A DNA stretch of 42,197 bases. Source: Escherichia phage altidsur. Position 1 is the first letter of the stretch. Every line of letters begins with the position of its first letter. Below the pieces are notes generated by a model, which was not told where the DNA came from, did no database searches, and saw only the letters and a program-made list of their open reading frames with translations. This document shows positions 9,576-15,899 of this stretch, piece by piece. The position numbers were made by a program, and so were the translations under genes. The DNA lies in sequence record MN850568.1, one strand, 5' to 3'.

Positions 9576-10111
9576 TGACTAACTTTGAAATCTGTATGCG
9601 GTTCACCGGGCTGGCAGAAGGCGGTTACGCCAACCTGCCCGGAGACACCGGAGGGGAAACGAATCATGGAATTAGTGACGCTCGTGATGGAAAGCTGGAT
9701 GGTAGAGCTTGCGGTGTCCCTACTGGGCTTGGCGGCACTATTTGTGTGCCTATCCGCAACCTCACCAAAGCGCAAGCCGAAGCAATCTATCGACGGGACT
9801 ACTACAGCCCCATCCGAGGTGACGAGCTTCACCCTGCGATTGCATGTGCCGTGTTCGACTACGGCGTTAACTCAGGTGTCTCCCGTGCGGCGAAAGCTCT
9901 ACAGCGGGTATGCGGCGTTGCACAAGACGGGGTTATTGGCCCTGCTACCGTGGCAGCAGCCAAACGTCTGGAACCTCACTCCGCAGCAGCAGCCATCTGT
10001 GACCTTCGTATTGCGTTCCTAAAGGCTTCTACAGCCCCGACAATCGTTCGGTATAGGGATGCCTTGGTAGCTCGTGCAAAACGCTGTAGCGACTACTGTG
10101 CGACGCTGTAG
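9575..10111 (+). CDS. Endolysin, GH108-type muramidase with C-terminal peptidoglycan-binding-like region, 178 aa
   Basis: N-terminal motif LAEGGYANLPGDTGGETNHGIS and downstream IYRRDYY match the GH108 signature (EGG...DPGG.T..GI...YxxDYW) read by eye; no N-terminal TM/SAR segment. Confidence 0.8.
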   Translation: MTNFEICMRFTGLAEGGYANLPGDTGGETNHGISDARDGKLDGRACGVPTGLGGTICVPIRNLTKAQAEAIYRRDYYSPIRGDELHPAIACAVFDYGVNSGVSRAAKALQRVCGVAQDGVIGPATVAAAKRLEPHSAAAAICDLRIAFLKASTAPTIVRYRDALVARAKRCSDYCATL

Positions 10112-10320
10112 GGGCTATCGAAAGCTGGAGCATTGAACAGGCCGTGGGGAGCAATACCCCCGGCTTGAAAATTGCATGTTTATAGTTGCCCCTCCCTCGA
10201 CCCAAATGACCGCGCGTACCCCCATGACGTGTGCGCGGATTAGCCTCGCGACGTGCGCGATATTGCCTCGCGTGTGCTGCGCGGCGCGTCAAGAGGATTG
10301 CCTGCGTGCGGTATAGCTCG

Positions 10321-10710
10321 TGCGTGTCGCGTTTCACTATCGCCGCGCGGTGCTGTCCTGCTGGCTGGCTGTGTGCCTGCTGTGTGGGCTATCGGTGGCG
10401 GTGTGGTGCTGTCCTATTGGGGACGCTCTGCGCTGGCTGCGTGGTGCTGCTGGCTGCGCGTGGTCGGTCGGGTATCTGTCTCTTTTCGTCGTGGTGTGTG
10501 GTGCTGGTGTGTAGCGGTGTGCGGCGTGGTGCTGCCGTCCTGCTGTGTGGTGTGCTGGTCTACTGTCTGCGCCTGCCAGCTCTGCGCGTCATGCTCTGCT
10601 ACTGTCTCTTACTGTCCTACTGCCTTCACTGTCTGCCGTCTGTCAGTCCTACGGTCTGCCATCCGTCATCCGTTCGGCGCTCGCTTGTTTCGGCTGCGCC
10701 GCGCTCGCTC
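10321..10710. other. A-depleted (G/T/C-only) strand-asymmetric tract; candidate genome-terminus / terminal-repeat-associated region
   Basis: By manual count roughly twenty A residues in ~390 nt on the + strand. Because every stop codon contains A, all three + frames stay open, which produces the overlapping Cys/Arg-rich ORFs in the track. Sits between the last late gene and the early promoters. Confidence 0.6.
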
Positions 10711-10730
10711 TGCGTATCTAGCGATACTAT

Positions 10731-10752
10731 ATCACTATAGACACTTTCATAA
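10731..10752 (-). promoter_or_regulatory. Copy of the 22-bp phage promoter-like motif ATGAAAGTGTCTATAGTGATAT, inverted; + strand reads ATATCACTATAGACACTTTCAT
   Basis: Reverse complement is identical over 22 bp to 31211-31232; contains the CTATAG core reminiscent of the CACTATAG core of T7/SP6-type promoters. Confidence 0.45.
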
Positions 10753-10757
10753 TTATC

Positions 10758-10856
10758 TAATGATTACAGTAACTTATAACCTATCTGATAACGGTATTCT
10801 ATCCAGTGTTATGATTATCTAATCAAACTTTAATCCTAATGATTACAGTAACTTAT
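10758..10856. repeat. AT-rich direct repeats (20-bp TAATGATTACAGTAACTTAT at 10758-10777 and 10837-10856, plus duplicated ATTATCTAA)
   Basis: Exact 20-bp duplication 79 bp apart, read directly, immediately downstream of the A-depleted tract and the inverted promoter-like motif. Confidence 0.6.
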
Positions 10857-10877
10857 CACTTTTCTTGAAAATAATAC

Positions 10878-10907
10878 TTGCCAATCTGTTTTGGTTTATG
10901 CTGTAAT
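10878..10907 (+). promoter_or_regulatory. Host sigma70-type promoter candidate (TTGCCA-N18-TGTAAT)
   Basis: -35-like TTGCCA at 10878-10883 and the same TATGCTGTAAT -10 box as the next two promoters. Confidence 0.35.
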
Positions 10908-10984
10908 TCATCTCGCCGGACAACACAGCGTTAACGTGTTGGACGGTGTAGGACGGTAACACTGCTCTTTAACAATCTGGTGTG

Positions 10985-11013
10985 TTGACAAGGCAAGCTC
11001 ACTATGCTGTAAT
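10985..11013 (+). promoter_or_regulatory. Host sigma70-type early promoter (TTGACA-N17-TGTAAT)
   Basis: Perfect -35 TTGACA at 10985-10990, 17-nt spacer, TATGCTGTAAT box; one of three identically spaced copies upstream of the early region. Confidence 0.55.
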
Positions 11014-11121
11014 GCTTCCACGTCAGCCAGCAAGCTAAACAGTCATTGATAAAGACGTTAAAACACACGTAGGCAAGCTGGTACGGTTTAACTATCTCAG
11101 AACGGGCGCTGATTAAATCGG

Positions 11122-11150
11122 TTGACAGGATGAAATGAGTATGCTGTAAT
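11122..11150 (+). promoter_or_regulatory. Host sigma70-type early promoter (TTGACA-N17-TGTAAT)
   Basis: TTGACA at 11122-11127, 17-nt spacer, TATGCTGTAAT box at 11140-11150. Confidence 0.55.
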
Positions 11151-11201
11151 GCACACCAGATTGACAGGGCAGCAAGCCAGTCAGTCAGAAGTAAAAAGTA
11201 G

Positions 11202-11230
11202 TTGACACGCTGAATACGATGTGATGTAAT
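11202..11230 (+). promoter_or_regulatory. Host sigma70-type early promoter (TTGACA-N17-TGTAAT)
   Basis: TTGACA at 11202-11207, 17-nt spacer, GATGTAAT box at 11223-11230. Confidence 0.5.
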
Positions 11231-11687
11231 CAGCACCGAGTTGAAAGGTTGCAAAACAACCTGCTCTGAGTGAACGTAAACTGGCCACGTAGTGTCACGG
11301 TCTCATGGGTATCCGGCGCAGCTAGGAACTGGTGAGAGGCATCGCTGAAAAGCAACGGTATTGCAACAATGCTAACGCCGTAGGGGTAGTGCCTGATGCA
11401 AGGGAACGGAGAAGCGCGATAGACACAGCGCAGTATCAGTAAAATCCCAAACGTCTTATAAGGCGCGGAGTGAAGCGGGTAGGTAGGCAAGCTGGTAACG
11501 GTGAGCCGGACTGCTGGAGGACTCCTGAGAGTGGATGCAGACAATATCCACGGCGCGAAATGGGCGGGGCGATTTTTCAGGGTAGTGAATCCGACAAGCC
11601 AATCAATGCCACTTAGTGCAACATGTACGGCGCGTCACAATGGGTTCACTATCCACCTGAAAATAGCCAACAACTGGAGAAATAACT

Positions 11688-12080
11688 ATGTACCGTATCT
11701 ATGCAAGCGCATATCGTCAGGGCAACGCTGAATGTGTTAATCTGGCGCTTCATTGCAAGGCACTGCGAACGGTGCAGGATATGTTCGGAGTGGTTCCGGT
11801 CACACTGACAGGCAAGTTCGACAATGCGTACGAGTTAAGCATGGTCTTTCCTGTCGATGGAATCTACGAAATCAGGCAGGCTGTTAAGCTGTTCTGTAAA
11901 GCATTCGAACAGGACTGCATCATGGTAGTGACCAAAGATGATGATGCAATCTTCATGGATTCACCATATCCGGGCAAGCCTGCTGGCAAGTTCGTCAGCA
12001 AGACTGAGGCCGAAATGGAAGCCGGGCAGCACACCGCTTGGACTTACGATGGTGAACAATTTTGGGTAGTGGAGGCGTAA
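11688..12080 (+). CDS. Early hypothetical protein, 130 aa
   Basis: First ORF after the ~450-nt leader; GGAGA RBS 8 nt upstream of the ATG. Confidence 0.55.
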   Translation: MYRIYASAYRQGNAECVNLALHCKALRTVQDMFGVVPVTLTGKFDNAYELSMVFPVDGIYEIRQAVKLFCKAFEQDCIMVVTKDDDAIFMDSPYPGKPAGKFVSKTEAEMEAGQHTAWTYDGEQFWVVEA

Positions 12081-12081
12081 C

Positions 12082-12156
12082 ATGTTTACCGCACTGTGTG
12101 TAGTAGCGGCGGCCTGCTGGGTCATTGACCAGCGACTGAGCCGTCGCCGTGGCTGA
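12082..12156 (+). CDS. Tiny hydrophobic peptide (24 aa, MFTALCVVAAACWVIDQRLSRRRG)
   Basis: ATG 1 nt after the upstream stop, with a strong GGAGG RBS 6 nt upstream; hydrophobic N-terminus with basic tail; not in the ORF track because of length. Confidence 0.3.
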   Translation: MFTALCVVAAACWVIDQRLSRRRG

Positions 12157-12217
12157 TAGCCTATAGCGTCCTGCGGGGCGCTATGTGAAATCAACCAACC
12201 TGACAAGGGGTACTACC

Positions 12218-12748
12218 ATGACAACTGCAATCAAATACACTAGCTTCAAAGACGCTGCCGCTCTGGACAAGGCCATTGAGTCTACCGTCAAGAAGGCGCA
12301 CTCACTCCGTAGCGACATTCAGAACGTTGCGGTCGGCATCATCCTGCACGCTTACCATCACGGCGACTACACTCGTGCTGAATCCTTCGTGAATCAGCTC
12401 GGTCAGGGTATCCGTGGTAAGGCGCTGGTAGACTGGTTCGTCAAGTTCGGCGGCCTGATTATCGGTGAGAACGGCGGGAAACAGGGCTTCATTGGCTGGC
12501 AGGGCGCTGAGTATATCAAGGCGAACATTGACACGGCCAAAGCCACTATGTGGTGGAGCCTGAAACCTGAGCAGGCGTTCGAAGGTTTCGACCTGCAAGA
12601 TGCGCTCGAAAAGCTGATTGCCAAAGCTGAGAAGGCGCTGAACAAGGCGAACGAACTGCGCCACGAAGGGAAGGACGAAGACGCGAACAAGGTTGTCGTT
12701 CCGCAGAACGTGCTGGATGCACTGCGCAAGGCTAAACAAGCTGCGTGA
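12218..12748 (+). CDS. Early hypothetical protein, 176 aa (Lys/Ala-rich C-terminus)
   Basis: ORF with AAGGGG RBS before the internal ATG at 12218; the track ORF begins 33 nt earlier at 12185. Confidence 0.6.
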   Translation: MTTAIKYTSFKDAAALDKAIESTVKKAHSLRSDIQNVAVGIILHAYHHGDYTRAESFVNQLGQGIRGKALVDWFVKFGGLIIGENGGKQGFIGWQGAEYIKANIDTAKATMWWSLKPEQAFEGFDLQDALEKLIAKAEKALNKANELRHEGKDEDANKVVVPQNVLDALRKAKQAA

Positions 12749-12755
12749 TTACTGA

Positions 12756-12778
12756 CAGGCCATTCACTGAGTGGCCTG
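12756..12778 (+). promoter_or_regulatory. Intergenic RNA hairpin (CAGGCC-loop-GGCCTG); candidate RNase III/processing or attenuation site
   Basis: 6-bp perfect inverted repeat with 11-nt loop between two early genes. Confidence 0.35.
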
Positions 12779-12813
12779 AATTGTAACCACACATCAACCC
12801 AAAGGGGCATAGC

Positions 12814-13092
12814 ATGACTTTTAAAGCTGTAGACACTCGCACCAAACCGCTGGCACACTCTTTCCCGGCAGCACTGATGGGAGGCCAGCTCACTGGCACC
12901 ATCGTAGCGACCATTGACGACACTGGCCGCATCGACATCAAGGAAGGCGCGGAGAACCTGCCGCACTTTGCTCAGAGCCGTGACATTCTGGACGAGTCCG
13001 GCGACTTCCTGTGGCTGGTCGATGAAGACCAAGGCACCGAATGGGATGGCACCGTTCGCTGGGGTCGTCAGGAAGACTTCGAAGTGGCATAA
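12814..13092 (+). CDS. Small acidic early protein, 92 aa
   Basis: ORF preceded by a hairpin and AAAGGGG RBS; Asp/Glu-rich with acidic C-terminus (EDFEVA). Confidence 0.6.
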   Translation: MTFKAVDTRTKPLAHSFPAALMGGQLTGTIVATIDDTGRIDIKEGAENLPHFAQSRDILDESGDFLWLVDEDQGTEWDGTVRWGRQEDFEVA

Positions 13093-13106
13093 GCCGGGAT
13101 TGACTC

Positions 13107-13130
13107 AAGCCAGTGTCAAGGCGCTGGCTT
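13107..13130 (+). promoter_or_regulatory. Intergenic RNA hairpin (AAGCCAG-loop-CTGGCTT), part of the repeated hairpin + GGCAAT..TGCC module
   Basis: 7-bp perfect stem with 10-nt loop, followed by GGCAATTCTGCCCCAACC, RBS and ATG. Confidence 0.4.
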
Positions 13131-13168
13131 TATGGCAATTCTGCCCCAACCTATTCGGAGTATTATCC

Positions 13169-13450
13169 ATGACTATCAAAACTGTAACTGCATTCGTGAC
13201 CAAGAAAGCTGGCGAACTGTATGGCTTCGCTGTTTCCCTGAACGAAGGCCAGTACCTGCACCACGTTCGTGAAGAAGGCGAGCCGACTGAGGCCGTAGCC
13301 ATCCTCGAAACGTTGCAGGGTATCCCGCTGCCACACGAGTTCATCATCATGCTCGCTGAGCAGGACGAAGACGACCTGCGACTGCGCCACGGCGACGACC
13401 TGACGATTGAAGAAATCGGCACGTTCGAAGCAGAAGTAGACGACGAGTAA
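13169..13450 (+). CDS. Small acidic early protein, 93 aa
   Basis: Internal ATG of track ORF 12914..13450, chosen because the upstream part overlaps the preceding gene; GGAG RBS; acidic C-terminus (EAEVDDE). Confidence 0.6.
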   Translation: MTIKTVTAFVTKKAGELYGFAVSLNEGQYLHHVREEGEPTEAVAILETLQGIPLPHEFIIMLAEQDEDDLRLRHGDDLTIEEIGTFEAEVDDE

Positions 13451-13460
13451 GCGTTGTCCT

Positions 13461-13484
13461 GCTGCATCCTTGCGAGGGTGCAGC
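13461..13484 (+). promoter_or_regulatory. Intergenic RNA hairpin (GCTGCATCC-TTGCGA-GGGTGCAGC) of the repeated module
   Basis: 9-bp stem with one G-U wobble and loop TTGCGA, followed by GGCAATAATGCC box. Confidence 0.4.
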
Positions 13485-13521
13485 GTGGCAATAATGCCTT
13501 ACTCAATCTGAGGGTTTTAAT

Positions 13522-13863
13522 ATGAGCATCAAACTTGTAATCCTGACCAACATCGCAGCTTCCGCATTCGGCGCAGACGTACCGGAAGAAGCGCGTACTG
13601 CTGAGTGGGTGGCGTTCACCTCCGACGACGAGGGCTACCTGATTGCAGGCCGCAACCGCGACGGCGACTCTGCCGAGGACATCGTGGCGCACTTCGACGC
13701 TGACGAAGGCTTCGCTGGGTTCGCAGCTTCTGGCCTGCCGCTGGAACTGTTCGGCATGATGAACGGCGTGCCTTTCATCGACCGTGAGAAGCTGGGCGCA
13801 GACGTGTCTGTCACCGAGCTGAAAGTGTACGGCGAAGAAGATGACGTAGACTTCTCTGCGTGA
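13522..13863 (+). CDS. Small acidic early protein, 113 aa
   Basis: ORF after the conserved module (ACTCAATCTGAGGGTTTTAATATG); strongly Asp/Glu-rich. Confidence 0.6.
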   Translation: MSIKLVILTNIAASAFGADVPEEARTAEWVAFTSDDEGYLIAGRNRDGDSAEDIVAHFDADEGFAGFAASGLPLELFGMMNGVPFIDREKLGADVSVTELKVYGEEDDVDFSA

Positions 13864-13869
13864 TACCTT

Positions 13870-13893
13870 ACTGCCTCGTTGCGACGGGGCAGT
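13870..13893 (+). promoter_or_regulatory. Intergenic RNA hairpin (ACTGCCTCG-TTGCGA-CGGGGCAGT) of the repeated module
   Basis: 9-bp stem with one G-U wobble and the same TTGCGA loop as 13461-13484, followed by GGCAATCATGCC box. Confidence 0.4.
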
Positions 13894-13928
13894 GCGGCAA
13901 TCATGCCCCAACCTACTGAGGATTTAAT

Positions 13929-14204
13929 ATGTCCACTATCAATGTGTTTTCCCTGAACAACGGCGGTCTGGCTTTCATCGTTGGCGAGACTGTTGACAAT
14001 GCACCTTCACTGGGTGTGCAGCCGAAGCCGGACGCAAGCCATGACGAAGTGATTGGCGAAGTGCGCGAGGCGCTGGAAGACCTCGGCGGTATGCTGATTG
14101 CCATTCAGGGTGGCAAGCTGTCGGTTGAAAAGCTGAATGCACTGGAGCCTCGCTTCATCACCAGCTTTGAAGCTGACAACGTAGACGCGGCTGACTTCGA
14201 GTAA
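13929..14204 (+). CDS. Small acidic early protein, 91 aa
   Basis: ORF after the conserved module (CCAACCTACTGAGGATTTAATATG); acidic C-terminus. Confidence 0.6.
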   Translation: MSTINVFSLNNGGLAFIVGETVDNAPSLGVQPKPDASHDEVIGEVREALEDLGGMLIAIQGGKLSVEKLNALEPRFITSFEADNVDAADFE

Positions 14205-14239
14205 GCCGACCACTAACCCACCAGTAACAGGAGAACAAC

Positions 14240-14476
14240 ATGGCTAAGTTTGAACTGGTACGCTTCACCGACCCGAACGATGGTGAAGTAACCTATGCAC
14301 AATTCGCTGACGACCGCCAGCAGGTGGCAGTGTACACCAGCAAGACCTTTGCTTTCGAACAGTTCGGTGAGGAACTGCACTTTGACAGCGTGAGCTACGT
14401 GCTGCTGTCCGGTGGTGAGTACGCCGATGCAGTGCAGGCCGCACTGGATGAAGGCGAAGTCATCAAGACTGCGTGA
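14240..14476 (+). CDS. Small acidic early protein, 78 aa
   Basis: ORF with AGGAGA RBS; Asp/Glu-rich. Confidence 0.6.
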   Translation: MAKFELVRFTDPNDGEVTYAQFADDRQQVAVYTSKTFAFEQFGEELHFDSVSYVLLSGGEYADAVQAALDEGEVIKTA

Positions 14477-14483
14477 TTTCTGT

Positions 14484-14507
14484 CAGCCCATCCATAGCGG
14501 TGGGCTG
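14484..14507 (+). promoter_or_regulatory. Intergenic RNA hairpin (CAGCCCA-loop-TGGGCTG) of the repeated module
   Basis: 7-bp perfect stem with 10-nt loop, followed by GGCAATCATGCC box, RBS and ATG. Confidence 0.4.
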
Positions 14508-14544
14508 TAGGGCAATCATGCCACAACTAACTGAGGGTTTTACC

Positions 14545-14829
14545 ATGGCTAAAGTAACTGCATACTACTCCGCACAAGAGAAAGACATCGTGGCTGTTGT
14601 TGGTGACGGCTTCGAAGAAGGCAACTATGCGCTGTGCATTTCCGGCTGCAAAGAAGTACCGAAGCTGAACACGGTTGATGATGCTGTGGCTGCGCTGCCG
14701 TCGCTGCAAGCTGACATCGAACGCATGGGTGAGCTGGCCTTCCTGCTGCACGGTGGTTCGCTGAACGCTACTGCTTCGGTTGACATGCCTGCCAAGGGCT
14801 ACGAAGAAGTCGGTAGCTTCGAGGTCTAA
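14545..14829 (+). CDS. Small acidic early protein, 94 aa
   Basis: Internal ATG of track ORF 14473..14829, directly after the conserved module (ACTGAGGGTTTTACCATG). Confidence 0.6.
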   Translation: MAKVTAYYSAQEKDIVAVVGDGFEEGNYALCISGCKEVPKLNTVDDAVAALPSLQADIERMGELAFLLHGGSLNATASVDMPAKGYEEVGSFEV

Positions 14830-14831
14830 GC

Positions 14832-15167
14832 ATGGCGTTGCATCCGGTCAAGGTATTCCGTGGGCCTGACATTACGGATGGGCAAGACGTGGCGGTACTG
14901 CTGTACCGCCTGCCCGATGGTCAGGAAGGGCTGGTCGTCATCGACCAGATTGAAATCTTAGGGCAGCAGATGTTGACGAGTGAGGCGAGCGACGAGCAAA
15001 TCATCGAACGCTTCAAGGCGTACGCCGGGCGCAGGCCATTCATCATCGACCTGCTGAACGAGCTGCACTACAGCGCCGCGCCGCTGGCTATCCAGACGTG
15101 GCTCAAGATTCTCACTCCCATCTACGAGGGTGAGATGTATCTGTTTGGTATTGACAACGAGGAATAA
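14832..15167 (+). CDS. Early hypothetical protein, 111 aa
   Basis: Tightly packed ORF on the same strand, 2 nt after the upstream stop. Confidence 0.55.
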   Translation: MALHPVKVFRGPDITDGQDVAVLLYRLPDGQEGLVVIDQIEILGQQMLTSEASDEQIIERFKAYAGRRPFIIDLLNELHYSAAPLAIQTWLKILTPIYEGEMYLFGIDNEE

Positions 15168-15169
15168 TC

Positions 15170-15415
15170 ATGGGTAAGAAAGTAACTTTGAAAGTAGTTA
15201 AGCGCCGCCCCGGATTCACCGTGGGTACTGAGTACCCGGCAGTGCTGATTGCTGAGGGCGAGAATCTGGTCAAGGCATTCCCTAAGCTGGCCTCGGTGTA
15301 CGGCAAGGGCGCTGAGGATGTGGCAGGCTACGAAACTGTAGCCGTACTGGACGAGCGTGGCCATCCGTGTGACTTCTTCACGCAGGGCTATCACGACTGG
15401 TTCGAAATCGTTTAA
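15170..15415 (+). CDS. Small early protein, 81 aa; paralog-like to 15446..15688
   Basis: Shares an overall pattern and C-terminal H..x..EIV ending with the next ORF (HDWFEIV vs HTIEIVE). Confidence 0.6.
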   Translation: MGKKVTLKVVKRRPGFTVGTEYPAVLIAEGENLVKAFPKLASVYGKGAEDVAGYETVAVLDERGHPCDFFTQGYHDWFEIV

Positions 15416-15445
15416 CCAACCACCTAACCAAGAGAGGGTAACAAC

Positions 15446-15688
15446 ATGGCACGTTCTATTCTGATTCGCATCATCGGCCACACCGCACAGCCGTCCCATT
15501 TCTCCGGCGCAGTGCGTGACACTACCATCGGTAAAGAGTACGCCGCTCTGCTGGTTGAAGCTGGCGAAGAAATCCCGGACGGCTGGGAAACTGACGAGCA
15601 AGGCATCGCGTTTGTTGATGACGTGGGTGATGACTGCTTCGCATACAGCTCGGCGCACCTCGGACACACCATCGAAATCGTCGAGTGA
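15446..15688 (+). CDS. Small early protein, 80 aa; paralog-like to 15170..15415
   Basis: AGAGGG RBS; tandem arrangement with a similar C-terminus. Confidence 0.6.
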   Translation: MARSILIRIIGHTAQPSHFSGAVRDTTIGKEYAALLVEAGEEIPDGWETDEQGIAFVDDVGDDCFAYSSAHLGHTIEIVE

Positions 15689-15744
15689 TAAGCTACAGCC
15701 TCTGCTTGCGGGGGCTGTGTCATTATCAAACGAGCGAGGTGAGC

Positions 15745-15897
15745 ATGAGCGGCAGCACATACAATGCGCACGCCAACCAGATAAGCTACGCAGGGTACTG
15801 CGCACTGGGCGGGGCGAGCAACCCGAACCTAATGAGCCGGGCGGTGTATCTCGGCGGTCACTACATGCACCACGAATACTATTTAATCAGGGGGTAA
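15745..15897 (+). CDS. Small hypothetical protein, 50 aa
   Basis: Internal ATG with GAGGTGAGC RBS inside track ORF 15685..15897; preceded by a hairpin-like inverted repeat at about 15702-15725. Confidence 0.35.
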   Translation: MSGSTYNAHANQISYAGYCALGGASNPNLMSRAVYLGGHYMHHEYYLIRG

Positions 15898-15899
15898 CT

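Noticed and set aside
10231-10822. Three overlapping + strand ORFs (10231-10740, 10253-10822, 10320-10514) with Cys/Arg/Val-rich products
   Set aside because: They are an artefact of the A-depleted tract: stop codons all contain A, so every forward frame stays open. No RBS or sensible protein composition.
11501-11731. 76-aa + strand ORF in the early leader
   Set aside because: Overlaps the start of the first early gene out of frame and has no RBS; more likely untranslated leader.
12914-13168. N-terminal extensions of track ORFs (12914-13450, 14473-14829, 15516-16184, 27012-27680, 28209-28433, 28382-28747, 39009-39794)
   Set aside because: The extended portions overlap the upstream gene in another frame; internal ATGs with RBS and stop/start coupling give the more plausible starts used in the feature list.
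13470-13500. Hairpin-loop TTGCGA plus downstream AATAATG read as a sigma70 promoter (-35/-10)
   Set aside because: Spacing between the TTGCGA loop and any TATAAT-like hexamer is wrong (15-16 nt to poor hexamers), and the -35 candidate would sit inside a stable stem; an RNA-level element is more likely.
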